Source of the DNA: Sanchytrium tribonematis | Taxonomy: Eukaryota | Direction: 5' to 3' | DNA: 41,419 nucleotides | NCBI GenBank assembly: GCA_018985235.1 | Contig: JADGIG010000023.1 | Coordinates: forward strand, 1-41,419 | Shown: positions 10,895-21,291 of the stretch, piece after piece | Position numbering within the stretch: the stretch's first letter is position 1 | How the letters are laid out: each line of letters opens with the position of its first letter | Translations under genes and position numbers: made by a program | Notes under the pieces: model-generated | What the model was told of the DNA's origin: nothing | The model's input: only the letters and a program-made list of their open reading frames with translations | The model's database searches: none

Positions 10895-11506
10895 ATGAGT
10901 ATTTCAATTATTGGGCCGGGAAATGTAGGCAAGGCTTTAGGTGCAAATTTAAATAACATTGGAAAAAAAGTGGTATATGGAGTGCGAAATGCTGATGATG
11001 CTAAATATCGAGACCTAAGAGGAATTGTGCAATCGGTAGAAGAGGCAATTTTGGCCTCAGAGATAATTATCTTAGCTACCCCTTATGCTGTTGTAGAATC
11101 CATCATAAAATCTTATGACTGGAGTGGCAAAATTCTCATTGATGTAACCAATCCTATTGCCCCAGATTTTTCAGGGTTGTCGTTGGGACAAACTACATCA
11201 GGAGGAGAGCTTGTTCAAACCTGGGCGGTGGGTGCCAAAGTGGTGAAAACATTTAATACTGTGGGGTACGAAGTGCTGCAAAATCCAAAATTTAAACAAG
11301 GAAATGCAGTTATGTTCGTTGCTGGAGACGACGAATATGCAACAAGTTTAATTCTAAAACTAGTGAACGATATGGGATTTGATGGTATCAACGTTGGAGA
11401 ATTAAAACTATCTCGTCAATTGGAGCAAACTGCTTGGCTTTGGATTCATTTAGCTGTCAAAAAACAGCGTGGACGCCACTGGGGTTTCGGGGTTTTACAT
11501 GATTAA
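10895..11506 (+). CDS. NADP oxidoreductase, coenzyme F420-dependent family (bacterial-type)
   Basis: Rossmann motif IIGPGNVG, IILATPY, GKILIDVTNP, TSGGELVQ, VVKTFNT, VAGDD, LEQTAWLWIHLA. Confidence 0.9.
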   Translation: MSISIIGPGNVGKALGANLNNIGKKVVYGVRNADDAKYRDLRGIVQSVEEAILASEIIILATPYAVVESIIKSYDWSGKILIDVTNPIAPDFSGLSLGQTTSGGELVQTWAVGAKVVKTFNTVGYEVLQNPKFKQGNAVMFVAGDDEYATSLILKLVNDMGFDGINVGELKLSRQLEQTAWLWIHLAVKKQRGRHWGFGVLHD

Positions 11507-11632
11507 ATATTTTAAACTGATAATGTGTTTCAATAATCTATCGACCAACTGCACTAAAATTGCAGCAAATATACATTTGTGAAAGTCATAAATTTAACAA
11601 TTTTATTATTTAAGAAGCGTAGTACCAATCCT

Positions 11633-12874
11633 TTATGTGTCGAAGTGCTCGGTTGTTCGAGTATATTGAGATTCCGGATAATTAAAATTACCAGTAAATC
11701 TCGACTCGGCATAATACGTATCAGTGTATGTTGAGTCTACTGTTTCCGAGCCATCAAACTGGGAACTTTCGCTATAATCATAGCTTATCGACACACTATC
11801 TTGATATGATGACAAAGAATTAGGCGTTTCATAGTCCGAGTTGTCAAAGATTTCGGTTGGGGCTAAAGTTTCTGTGTTTTTAGCACTCATTTTTCTCGAA
11901 TCAGCTTTTTCAATTTTAGAGCCAGATTCATAGTCTAACTTCTTATTTAAAAACGTTGGCTGCCATTTTGGCTCCCAAGCTGGTTCAAACTCACTCACTT
12001 CAATGTCATCTGACCTGGTTCTTTTATACATAAAGTAAAACACGCACAAAATTATAGATGCCAGTCCCGCACAAGTACCACCTATTATAGCTGCTGTGTT
12101 TGTGCCACTAGATGCTTTAGATGATGTAGACGGCTTAGCCAACGTACCATTATTATTGCCTGGGCTGGTGCTATTAAAGGTAGACCCATCGGGATTAATT
12201 GAATTAGAAGCCGCATTAGAAGACTGAAAATCTGATTCATTTTTTTCAAATAACTTATTCATTTCTGTTGTGGAGTTCAGAGAAGTGGAATTAAATGTTT
12301 CTTGTGTTTCTGCTTGTGGAATTTCTGGAATGCTATCAGAAGTTGTCTTAGGAATTGGGCCAGAAGAATTTTGGTCGATTATTGTTGATTCTTGGTTAGA
12401 TAAGATGGAATTTGGTTTTGTCGGCATGGCGGACACACTTGGTGTGGAATTTATGGGTACGTTTTGAGTGAGTATGTTTGGTACAGGAGTTAATGGTAAA
12501 TTATTTACAGTACCCGCTTGCTTATTTGGCGGGAAAGGAACTGGAGGAGTAATTGTAGGATTTTCCGGAGCTTCCGAAACCGGTTGATTGATTTTATTTG
12601 CATCAGTCGGTGAAATTGGTGGCTTGTCCGTCGTTGGGCCTGGCTTATCCGTTGCCGGCCCCGGTTTTTCCGGTTTATCTGGTTTATCTGGTTTATCTGG
12701 TTTATCTGATTTTTCTGATTTTTCTGGTTTGTCTGGTTTGTCCGATTTTTTAGGCATGGAGGTTTTGGTACTTCCGAGCTTCTCTTGATTTCCTTCAGCG
12801 ATTTTCGGAACATCGTTCATTTGAGAGACAGCTGTTTCTCCTTTCTGCTTAATATTATCAGTTTTGTTAGACAT
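11633..12874 (-). CDS. Low-complexity single-pass membrane protein (Mid2/Wsc-like architecture)
   Basis: K/D/P- and S/T-rich region, TM segment AAIIGGTCAGLASIILCVFYFMY followed by KR, acidic Tyr-rich tail; no obvious signal peptide. Confidence 0.65.
   Translation of the reverse strand: MSNKTDNIKQKGETAVSQMNDVPKIAEGNQEKLGSTKTSMPKKSDKPDKPEKSEKSDKPDKPDKPDKPEKPGPATDKPGPTTDKPPISPTDANKINQPVSEAPENPTITPPVPFPPNKQAGTVNNLPLTPVPNILTQNVPINSTPSVSAMPTKPNSILSNQESTIIDQNSSGPIPKTTSDSIPEIPQAETQETFNSTSLNSTTEMNKLFEKNESDFQSSNAASNSINPDGSTFNSTSPGNNNGTLAKPSTSSKASSGTNTAAIIGGTCAGLASIILCVFYFMYKRTRSDDIEVSEFEPAWEPKWQPTFLNKKLDYESGSKIEKADSRKMSAKNTETLAPTEIFDNSDYETPNSLSSYQDSVSISYDYSESSQFDGSETVDSTYTDTYYAESRFTGNFNYPESQYTRTTEHFDT
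12662..12750. repeat. 9-bp tandem repeat (ggtttatct) encoding DKP/EKS tripeptides
   Basis: About 10 degenerate units directly visible. Confidence 0.9.
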
Positions 12875-13110
12875 TTACAGATAGACTATGAAGTACGAGT
12901 AGTTTTTATCAATCAGAGTTGAAATTCAGCCAATCAAAATTAAACAAGTACAAAGTTGTAATTACCAAGCGCCAATATTTATCCTTGGGTGCAAAATCTG
13001 CAAGTCCATTTGATCTTCAACATGACGCAATATGATTCAGTAAAATATCGTCCTCAAAGATAAAATGACCCTGTTTAACTTCAAAGAATCAAATCGTAAA
13101 AAATATATAT

Positions 13111-14475
13111 TTAATTTGATGGGTTAAAGATATCGCTACTCGGAACATCACGGCAATCTGATTTACCCTTCTTAATTTCAAATCGGCTTTTTCTCTCGAC
13201 AGAGGCAGACCTAGATACTGTTGGTGATTGGCAAGGTGATTCTAAAGTAAATCTACCAATCTGAGATGTTTCTGAGTGTTGAGATGTAATGGAGTCCCGC
13301 CTTCCCATACTAGATTTTCGAGTGATACTATTGCTTCTGCTTTGATAGCCACTATCTTTGGATTCGTCGCTATCCTTTCTTGGAAGTGCACTAAAATCCC
13401 AGTTAATTTGCTCTTCCTCTTCATAAGAGTCCCTGTTGGTAGGGATTGATCTTTCATGAAGTGGAGGAAGTCCTTGAAGATTCAAGCTAGCTACTAAACT
13501 TAGAGGTGCCTTTGCTTTTTTAAAAAAAGGATTTTCATTCATTTCTGTGCAGCTAATTCTTTTTGAGGGCTCTTTCATTAAGCAAACGTCGATTAAGGAC
13601 TTAGCAGTTTTCCCGTACCGATTGTCTAACTCATCCACTTTTAGCGAAGGAGAAGGATTTTTGAGAGTCATTAGAATAGTTTTGAGGGGTGGAAAATGCG
13701 AATAAGGTGCTTTCCCCGTTGCTAATTCAATTAACGAAATTCCAAATGACCAAATATCAATTTTTTCATTATATTCCTTCTCTTCCATCATCTCCGGAGC
13801 CATCCAGGCAGGAGTTCCGACGAAAGTTTTCCTATTAGTTTTTCTGCCGTAGTCCATTAGAGTTTTCGAAACTCCGAAATCGCTTAACTGAACTAGACCA
13901 GTCTCAGTGCAGATTAACATATTCGCACATTTAATGTCTCTGTGTATTAGTTCATTATTATGTAAGTATAGCAATCCCTGTAATACCTGACGCATCACCG
14001 TTGCACAGCTAGCTTCATCCACTCCGTTCGGAAATTGCAACTTTAACAAATCCAGAACGCTTCCTCCATTCTGGACCGGAGTGACAATCCATAAATGCTC
14101 TGTGTGGATAAAGCTTTTATGAATTGGCAATAGATTAGGGTGCCTACATAACATCATAATTTGAATTTCATTGCGAAGTTCGTCAATATGGCGGCGTTCA
14201 AATCGTTCGATATGAATTTGCTTTATGGCAACAGGAACATCCATTCTTGTGTATTTCCCCATGAAAACACTTGCTGAAGCTCCTTGGCCTATCATATATA
14301 AGATTTGATAATCCTTTATATCATTGGTAAAGGTAATGGATGGTTTTTCGCTACCTCTTCGTTGTCTAACAACTATCTGTTGAGCGCTGAGTGACCCACG
14401 TCTCTTGATCCATTCTACGACATTTTGAGTGCTATTGCTGCTTCTTCCACTGTGAGCTCTTTCCAAATTACTCAT
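13111..14475 (-). CDS. STE20-family kinase, OSR1/SPAK (Fray)-like
   Basis: GQGASASV, VAIK, IHRDIKCAN, DFG, RKTFVGTPAWMAPE, PYSHFPPLKTILMTL; ATG at 14475 preferred, 14520 possible. Confidence 0.85.
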   Translation of the reverse strand: MSNLERAHSGRSSNSTQNVVEWIKRRGSLSAQQIVVRQRRGSEKPSITFTNDIKDYQILYMIGQGASASVFMGKYTRMDVPVAIKQIHIERFERRHIDELRNEIQIMMLCRHPNLLPIHKSFIHTEHLWIVTPVQNGGSVLDLLKLQFPNGVDEASCATVMRQVLQGLLYLHNNELIHRDIKCANMLICTETGLVQLSDFGVSKTLMDYGRKTNRKTFVGTPAWMAPEMMEEKEYNEKIDIWSFGISLIELATGKAPYSHFPPLKTILMTLKNPSPSLKVDELDNRYGKTAKSLIDVCLMKEPSKRISCTEMNENPFFKKAKAPLSLVASLNLQGLPPLHERSIPTNRDSYEEEEQINWDFSALPRKDSDESKDSGYQSRSNSITRKSSMGRRDSITSQHSETSQIGRFTLESPCQSPTVSRSASVERKSRFEIKKGKSDCRDVPSSDIFNPSN

Positions 14476-14968
14476 GGCGATCAAATTGAAATCTTGGGAT
14501 AAATTGACATTAAAATACATGTGATTGGCAAGTTTAAATCAAACTGCAATATGATTGGAGGGTAAATCTGCGTGATCCTTGCGTAACAATTTCTCTTTTA
14601 GAATCTTTCAATTTTAAATCTTCATGAAGTTTATTAATTTTGAATACAACTATGTTTTTACTTCAAGTGAATCGAGTTAAATTTGAATATCAAAGAAAAA
14701 GATTCTAGTTGGATAATTATTGTGACTTGGTGGCAAGTTGACTTGTCGCCTCTCACTGATATTTCTAAAAATTATCGGATCGGAAACAATGATTTGGAAA
14801 ACAAATACCACACGTGTCACCAAAAGTAGCATAACTTATTCTAATAGTTTTGATTGGTCTTAAATTGTTGTATGCCAAATCTAAAGCTTGAAAGCCACAT
14901 ATGGACGTCAATGGCTTATCTTAAGTTGGAAGCGTTGATATATAATACCAGTGATCCAACTTGCCCAT

Positions 14969-15223
14969 ATGAATCATCTTTGCACTTATTTTCTAAAATA
15001 TAACAACTTCAATGAGGTTCAACCCTATTTACAAAGTGTTTTTGATGTAATACGAATCTCTAGATTGAATCCATACGATGTGGAGAAATTAGATAATATG
15101 ATGAAAAACGTCGAGTTTCTTGAAGGTGGTTTGCAAGAAGTCTTTCTTGGTTTTTTGGAATGTTGCAGAAGATCTAACACCAGGCCTGAGCAATACTGGG
15201 ATTACTTATTGAAAAACTTTTAA
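14969..15223 (+). CDS. 84-aa hypothetical protein, paralog of 24788..25042
   Basis: ATG at 14969; aligns with the 24788 ORF; AATAAA overlaps the stop codon. Confidence 0.7.
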   Translation: MNHLCTYFLKYNNFNEVQPYLQSVFDVIRISRLNPYDVEKLDNMMKNVEFLEGGLQEVFLGFLECCRRSNTRPEQYWDYLLKNF

Positions 15224-15233
15224 TAAATTTAAA

Positions 15234-16052
15234 TCATGATTTACTCCGCATATCCGCAAATGCGAGTAAGTGAGCCCAACCTGCTTTGTCTCCCCACTTC
15301 GACTTTAAAATCGTTTGTAATTTTCTATAGTGAGAGTCACTTAGCGTTTGTTTTGGAATATTGTATTTCACTTCTATACAGCGCTTAATATGAACATCGA
15401 TGGGAACGCACTCTAGAAATCCAAACCCCATCAATAAAATGCAGTCAGCGACTTTATTTCCAACACCTTTCAAGGTCATCAAAGACCTCTTAGCTTCGTC
15501 ATAATCTAAATTGTGCAATTCTAGAAGGCTTGGAAACCTGGATAGCAATTCAATGCTCTCTGAAATGTATTTTGCTCTGTATCCGAAGCCGCATTTCCTT
15601 AATTGTATTTCATCAAGTTTTTGGAGTTGCTCTAGAGTAGGGAAAGTGTAAATTGGAACGCTATTAATATCAATAAGGTATTCTCCGTATAAAGCGCATA
15701 ATTGAAGCATCATTTTTTGGATTCTTTTGATGTTGTTGTTACTACTACAAATAAATCCCAGTATACATTCCAATGGATCCTGATCAAGAAGATATATCGG
15801 ATAATAATTTAATTTAGGGTCTCTCCTCGACCATTCACTATATAGCTCATTCAAGTCCCATTTTTGACGCGAATATTTGGCCCACCAATTTGATGCATTA
15901 AAAGATCCATAGATTGCGACGGCATTGCCATTTGAGTCTACTCTTACTACACAATTTTGATTATTAATTTTTAAAGCTTTGTAAAAATAATTTTCAATAT
16001 GATGCCACGTAAAGGATTGGCCACCAAATAAGCATTTAATGAGTTTTGTCAT
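15234..16052 (-). CDS. OGG1: 8-oxoguanine DNA glycosylase
   Basis: GGQSFTW, QDPLECILGFICSSNNNIKRI, GFGYRAKY, HhH motif LKGVGNKVADCILL, VPIDVH. Confidence 0.93.
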   Translation of the reverse strand: MTKLIKCLFGGQSFTWHHIENYFYKALKINNQNCVVRVDSNGNAVAIYGSFNASNWWAKYSRQKWDLNELYSEWSRRDPKLNYYPIYLLDQDPLECILGFICSSNNNIKRIQKMMLQLCALYGEYLIDINSVPIYTFPTLEQLQKLDEIQLRKCGFGYRAKYISESIELLSRFPSLLELHNLDYDEAKRSLMTLKGVGNKVADCILLMGFGFLECVPIDVHIKRCIEVKYNIPKQTLSDSHYRKLQTILKSKWGDKAGWAHLLAFADMRSKS

Positions 16053-16121
16053 AAAAAATGCAACTCCTTGTTTGGTTGTCCTCTCATAAAAAACCTCCAA
16101 AATATGTTTATTCTTTGTAGA

Positions 16122-16334
16122 TTACTTTCTTAAACTAGCGTTACTAATAACGCCATCACATAACATAGATTCAAGCATTTCTTTGTAATGTTTTCTGTTT
16201 GCGGCTTTACAATATTCCACTGGATGTTCCTGTAGTGCAACATCTAATGTTCTAAATATTAGTGTCTTTTTTAAAATATCCCCTTCTACGCTTCTCAGTT
16301 TTTTGAACGATCTTTTTAAATTTAATGTTAACAT
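16122..16334 (-). CDS. Hypothetical 70-aa protein
   Basis: ATG-initiated ORF filling an otherwise empty gap; no motif recognised. Confidence 0.35.
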   Translation of the reverse strand: MLTLNLKRSFKKLRSVEGDILKKTLIFRTLDVALQEHPVEYCKAANRKHYKEMLESMLCDGVISNASLRK

Positions 16335-16735
16335 GATAACCAGATTTAACCTGAATATAAACGCATTCTAACTCCTTGTTTTGACGTGATACTTTTAGTG
16401 AGAGTGTTTATTGGGTTCGATTTTCAAATATTTTCATCATACGATTTTTATTTCAGATGATCAATTTTTGGGATATACACCCAAGATTTGGAAATTTTAT
16501 CATTTCTATCAATTTTGCAGGCATAATTTGATTCGCTACTTTGCTGGCTATGTGAACTAAATTAACTACAACATTTTAAATTTAAATTCACAAGAAAGTT
16601 TAATTCGCAATATTGTAACACGATGTAAGCAATCAATTTCAAACAATATTGAAAGAAAGTAAGGTGGACTGGCCTGTAGTTAATAAATAATTAAATATTG
16701 GTAATAACACATTCTGCAGTTCTATTATTTTCCCC

Positions 16736-17182
16736 ATGCTACAAATCGTCCCAGCAAATGCAAGACATATGTTAGATATGCAAAATATTAATTTGAGAAA
16801 TTTGCCGGAAAATTATACACTCAAATATTATACATATCATCTTATGATGTGGCCTCAATTGAGTTACGTCTGCATAATTGATGAAAAAGTGGTTGGTTAC
16901 TGCCTTGGAAAAATTGAGGAAGATGACAAACATCATGGACATATAACGAGTTTGGCAGTACACCCACAGTATAGAAGATTAGGTGTGGCTAAGAAGCTAA
17001 TAACATTGAGTGTTTTGCAAATGAAACGAGCATGGAAAACCAAAGCGGTTTTTCTTCATGTTAGAGTAAGCAACACCAATGCGCAAGGATTATATGAACA
17101 AATAGGATTTAAAATAGAAAAAACGGAGAAAGGATATTATCAAGATGGGGAGGATGCTCTTTCAATGAAACTGGCATTTTGA
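16736..17182 (+). CDS. ARD1: NatA N-terminal acetyltransferase catalytic subunit (GNAT)
   Basis: NLRNLPENYTLKYY, WPQLSYV, HGHITSLAV, RRLGVA, LHVRVSN, YYQDGEDA. Confidence 0.93.
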   Translation: MLQIVPANARHMLDMQNINLRNLPENYTLKYYTYHLMMWPQLSYVCIIDEKVVGYCLGKIEEDDKHHGHITSLAVHPQYRRLGVAKKLITLSVLQMKRAWKTKAVFLHVRVSNTNAQGLYEQIGFKIEKTEKGYYQDGEDALSMKLAF

Positions 17183-17848
17183 TCAATAAATATGGACGTC
17201 TTCTAATTGAAGCTGGAGAACTATTCTTTTGATTTCGAGTGGTTTGTTTTTAAATATTGGTGCAAATTGATTGAAACAAATGTATTTTGATGTCAAATTA
17301 CGCTATACGCAAAAAATGAATTAGTTCACTGTGTTCCAAATGAATGCAATTTAGTCATTGACAATTATTAATGAAGTTTCGAAGATGTAGGAAGAACAAA
17401 TTAAAAACTTTTGATCTATAATCAAAAGGTCAAATCTTGAGAAAAAGGATGCGACTGATTTTAATGACCCTTTGAACCGCCGGTATACAACGGTCTCATT
17501 AAAACACCACATATAAAATTGCCAAATAGCAATATAAGTGTTTCTGCAACGTGATCACTAAAACCCAATTCTTTCATAGAAGATCACACATGTACCTATT
17601 TAGACTAATTAAATGATTTTGCCTCACTTTTATGTTTTTTCCGGGTAAAAAATTATAAATCAATCCTTCATAACAGCGATTGATCCACCAAGGTTGCCAC
17701 TCAAAAAATATTTGAAAATAGAGAATATGAATAGTCTTGAGATTTTTGACATTTCACTTGTCGGCGACACGTTCCGCGAAATCGCTATCAATCAATGCAG
17801 TTTCATGAGTTGTTCAATATAAATTAAATTAAGGTTTATGAAATTCTT

Positions 17849-20269
17849 TTATTTGAGTCTTTCCTTGTCGATCAGTACCATCCTTTTTGCGGCGTCTTTT
17901 GTGGTCCAGCGATACTTATTACTTTTAATTAGCTGGTATTCTTTTGAAATAAATTGCAATTCCAGAACCAACTTAAAAATTTGATATTTTTCGTTTTCCT
18001 TTCTCATTATTTCATTCTTTTTTTCAAATAAAAAGGATTCAATAAGCGACTGATTTAATTTCATGGCTTCAATATTATCAAATAATACAGTGCGTCGCTG
18101 TCTCAATATTGCGAGTTCTGAATTTGCCACTTTTTGGCTCAATTCATACTTTGTAACCTCTCTTTTGATTTCTTTTATAGATACTATGTAGTTCTGTTTG
18201 TTATTGCTTCCCTTTTTGACATTCCTTTTCTCAATTAAGCCCTGAATTTTCTGCAAATAACAAATTTTCTCCTTTTTAAGTTTTTGATAATCTAACTCAA
18301 GATTCCGAATTTGCGATTCCAAATGACAGCTTTCTTCTCGCGCGAGACTGAAAATCATTTTTTTCCTGTGTTGTAATGATTCTATTTCCATTTTCCAGAA
18401 CACAATATTTTCGTCCACATCGATCATCGAATTGAAAATTACGTCTTTCCGGTTTTTTATGGTAGATATATATGACCGCCTCTCTATGATTTCATTATCT
18501 TTTTTAAATATAAATTCCTGTATTTGAAAAGCAACCTGTTTTAATTTTCTTATATAAGTTGAGTAACGTTCATCCGAAACACAGTTATTTGAGTTCAATA
18601 TGTTAAGCTGTTTTTGCAAGATGCTATAATTCTTCGATTTCAAAATTATTTCATTTTTTAAATTTTCCAAGTGGAAAAGGGATTGCTTCATTTTAACTGA
18701 CTGAGTATCCACGACTTCTTGCCTTTCATCAAAATGTACTTGTAGATTAGGAATTTGAGTTATTTGAGACATTAGATTTGATTCCTTCCAAATTAAATCA
18801 TTTTGATAATGCTTAAATAATTCGAGTTGATCACAGATAGTCATATTTATCGATTTAAAAATATTCACAGATGAATCATCTTCTAATTCGAGAATTTTGC
18901 ACAGTTTTTTGTTCCATTTTTCAATAGCTAATAGATTTTTTTCAATTTTTTGCGTAGAACCAGAGATCAAGGAAGTCATGCTTTGAATGTCTAGCTCTAA
19001 ACTTTCTAAAGCTTTCTTAAGCAAAGAATATCGTTCTTTTAAGCTAAAAGCATGTAAAACAAGATCACTATTCTTGACTTTAGTCAGCTTTAGGGTAGCA
19101 GTAAGAAGTAAAAGCTTTTCCTTTAATATTCTTGTTGTTGAGTGAATGTCATTAAATTGTTTGGCTGCTTGCTTTTGTTCATTTTCAAAAAAGCGATTAT
19201 TCTCTAATGTATTTGAAAGAGAGAGAGCCATGGTGCGTAATTGACTATCTGCAATTGCTATTCTTTTCTTGTATTCTTCTACACCCAATGATGAGCTTTT
19301 GGATCTAGAATCTTTTGCGTTGAAAATTTCAAATGAATCTTTAATTTTGGAATTTAGATCAAATATTCTGAATTCAAATTGCTCGATAAATTGATCAACT
19401 TTAGATATTTTTGCGGTCAGAACAGACTCTTCTCTAATTATTTTCCGCGCAATTAATTCAAATTTTTGAAGTTCAGACTGAGTTTCCGCTCTAAATTTGA
19501 AAAATTGACTTTTTTCAGTTTGTATAAGCAATTTTGAACTTACATGTTTAGACAAATTTTCCGCTCCTATTTTTAACGTGCTTCTCTTTAAATCCATTCT
19601 CTGGACATCCGAAGACCAATTTCTGTATATTTGATCAATTTCAATGGCAATTAATGACATTTCTTGATGAGCCGACGACAATATTCGTTTAGTTTGTATA
19701 AAACTATTGCTAATTCTGTCGAGTTCTTTATGATGTGATTGTACTTCAAGCTCGGATTCATCTCTGGTTTCCAAAAGTTGATTTACGTAAAAGTCTTGTA
19801 GAATCTTATCCGATGCTAAAATTGAAATATCTTTCTTGGCTTTGCTTTGGCTTTCTTTTCCGCCACTAATGCCTGTGTCCAGCTTATTAAGAGCTGTTTT
19901 TAATAAATTAATTTCCATAGTTTTATCTTTTAACTCGAGTCTTTCCATATTCATTTCATTTTGGGCAGTTTCAAAAACTTGTCCACGATTTCGAAAATTG
20001 GCCTCTAATCTTTTAAGTTTCTCAAAATTATGTTGCTCACGAAGTTTGACTGATGCCATTTTTTTCTGCACATCATTAATCCTGATAGAGACATTTTTCA
20101 TTTCATTTTGTTTGTAGTAAAGTTCTAACCCATCATCTTGCCTCTGTTTATTCTTGAAAATTATTAAATTTTGTATGTCCTTTAATTTTGAATCAAGTTC
20201 ATCGCTCCCAACTTTAAGCTGAAGCCAAATTTTGTCCTGGATATCTGATATTAAATCTAGCTTTTGCAT
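17849..20269 (-). CDS. CCDC40: Long coiled-coil protein, divergent CCDC40/FAP172-like
   Basis: Ordered motifs RQDDGLELY..Q, DKILQDFYVNQL, EIDQIYRNWSSDVQRM, VDENIVFWKMEI, QIRNLELDYQKLKK resemble CCDC40 conserved blocks. Confidence 0.6.
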   Translation of the reverse strand: MQKLDLISDIQDKIWLQLKVGSDELDSKLKDIQNLIIFKNKQRQDDGLELYYKQNEMKNVSIRINDVQKKMASVKLREQHNFEKLKRLEANFRNRGQVFETAQNEMNMERLELKDKTMEINLLKTALNKLDTGISGGKESQSKAKKDISILASDKILQDFYVNQLLETRDESELEVQSHHKELDRISNSFIQTKRILSSAHQEMSLIAIEIDQIYRNWSSDVQRMDLKRSTLKIGAENLSKHVSSKLLIQTEKSQFFKFRAETQSELQKFELIARKIIREESVLTAKISKVDQFIEQFEFRIFDLNSKIKDSFEIFNAKDSRSKSSSLGVEEYKKRIAIADSQLRTMALSLSNTLENNRFFENEQKQAAKQFNDIHSTTRILKEKLLLLTATLKLTKVKNSDLVLHAFSLKERYSLLKKALESLELDIQSMTSLISGSTQKIEKNLLAIEKWNKKLCKILELEDDSSVNIFKSINMTICDQLELFKHYQNDLIWKESNLMSQITQIPNLQVHFDERQEVVDTQSVKMKQSLFHLENLKNEIILKSKNYSILQKQLNILNSNNCVSDERYSTYIRKLKQVAFQIQEFIFKKDNEIIERRSYISTIKNRKDVIFNSMIDVDENIVFWKMEIESLQHRKKMIFSLAREESCHLESQIRNLELDYQKLKKEKICYLQKIQGLIEKRNVKKGSNNKQNYIVSIKEIKREVTKYELSQKVANSELAILRQRRTVLFDNIEAMKLNQSLIESFLFEKKNEIMRKENEKYQIFKLVLELQFISKEYQLIKSNKYRWTTKDAAKRMVLIDKERLK

Positions 20270-20309
20270 CAGATTGATAAGATGGCCTTCAAATAATTTA
20301 TTACATAGG

Positions 20310-20510
20310 TTAAATCATTTCGGTCTTTTTTCCAGTCTTTGCGATGACCTTAAAGATTTCATCTTTATCTAAATCTGAAGTAACAGTCACTAATTGTTCC
20401 TCCAGACTAATTTTCGACTCTTGAATCCCATCAACTCTTTTCAAGGCGCGTTCCACTGCACTGCTACAGCCCCCGCATGTCATAGTTACTTTGTATTGAT
20501 AAGTAGGCAT
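20310..20510 (-). CDS. ATX1: Copper chaperone (HMA domain)
   Basis: MTCGGCSSAVERAL...KTGK. Confidence 0.93.
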   Translation of the reverse strand: MPTYQYKVTMTCGGCSSAVERALKRVDGIQESKISLEEQLVTVTSDLDKDEIFKVIAKTGKKTEMI

Positions 20511-20697
20511 TTAAAATTGTTAAACGAACGGGAACTTTAAGTAAAAATTAACCACATTTTGATTGGCCCATTTTTCATTTTAATTTATTGCGACGCAACT
20601 AATGAAATCTGCAACATAGAAAAGACTTGTCTCATTAAATAACTGGTGAGCGAGACGAAATATTTCGATTCTTAATAAAAATTCTTGACCCTCAAAC

Positions 20698-21288
20698 ATG
20701 CACAGAAGAAACACGCTGCGTGAAATTACCAATATTAGAATTGTTGAGGAGTCCGCTGTCGAAAACAATTCCGAACTAGTCCCAGTTAACTCAAGTATTT
20801 ACAATTACAAATCAGCGTTACTAAAAGTGTATTTTCGCCGGTATTTGCCGGCAGAAATATGTAGACATATTCTGCTGTTGTCCTGGTCACTTCCTTGCCG
20901 TTCAGTGACACACCGACAACTATGTTCGGTGTCGGCTTCTGAAAAAGTACTTTTGGAATTGCAGTTAATCAGAAAACCACTTGCGATATCGCTTATTGCA
21001 AAGTCACATGATCAAGGATGGTCTTCCTTTCCGGAAGATCAAGGGACTTACCGAAATTCTTGGACTTATGGGATTCTAAGGACAAACACGGTTGAAGAAA
21101 AATGTTATAATAATCTTCATGCTGAGAGCATGTGGCAGATTCATGAAAAGTGGTACCCTCATAATTCCAACTTTGTCCAAAATCTTAATTCAGGAGATAC
21201 AATTCAGTTGGTTATAAAAGCCGATTTTGGGGGCTGGACCAATTCAGTATGTTTTGCAGAACTGACGGCATACTACGATATCCAATAA
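20698..21288 (+). CDS. Conserved fungal-type hypothetical protein (SHDQGW domain)
   Basis: LPAEICRHIL (F-box-like), SHDQGWS..GTYRNSWT, GDTIQL..KADFGGWTN. Confidence 0.7.
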   Translation: MHRRNTLREITNIRIVEESAVENNSELVPVNSSIYNYKSALLKVYFRRYLPAEICRHILLLSWSLPCRSVTHRQLCSVSASEKVLLELQLIRKPLAISLIAKSHDQGWSSFPEDQGTYRNSWTYGILRTNTVEEKCYNNLHAESMWQIHEKWYPHNSNFVQNLNSGDTIQLVIKADFGGWTNSVCFAELTAYYDIQ

Positions 21289-21291
21289 AAT

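Noticed and set aside
12662..12750. Short tandem array as CRISPR or telomeric repeat
   Set aside because: In-frame 9-bp coding repeat with no spacers, inside a eukaryotic gene
14934..14951. 18-nt GT..AG candidate intron upstream of the 84-aa ORF
   Set aside because: Splicing does not join the upstream ATG to the conserved frame; the paralog supports the ATG at 14969
16400..16490. B-box-like GGTTCGA and Sm-site-like AATTTTTGG plus a small hairpin, suggesting a tRNA or snRNA
   Set aside because: No cloverleaf and no U1, U2, U4 or U5 signature sequences found
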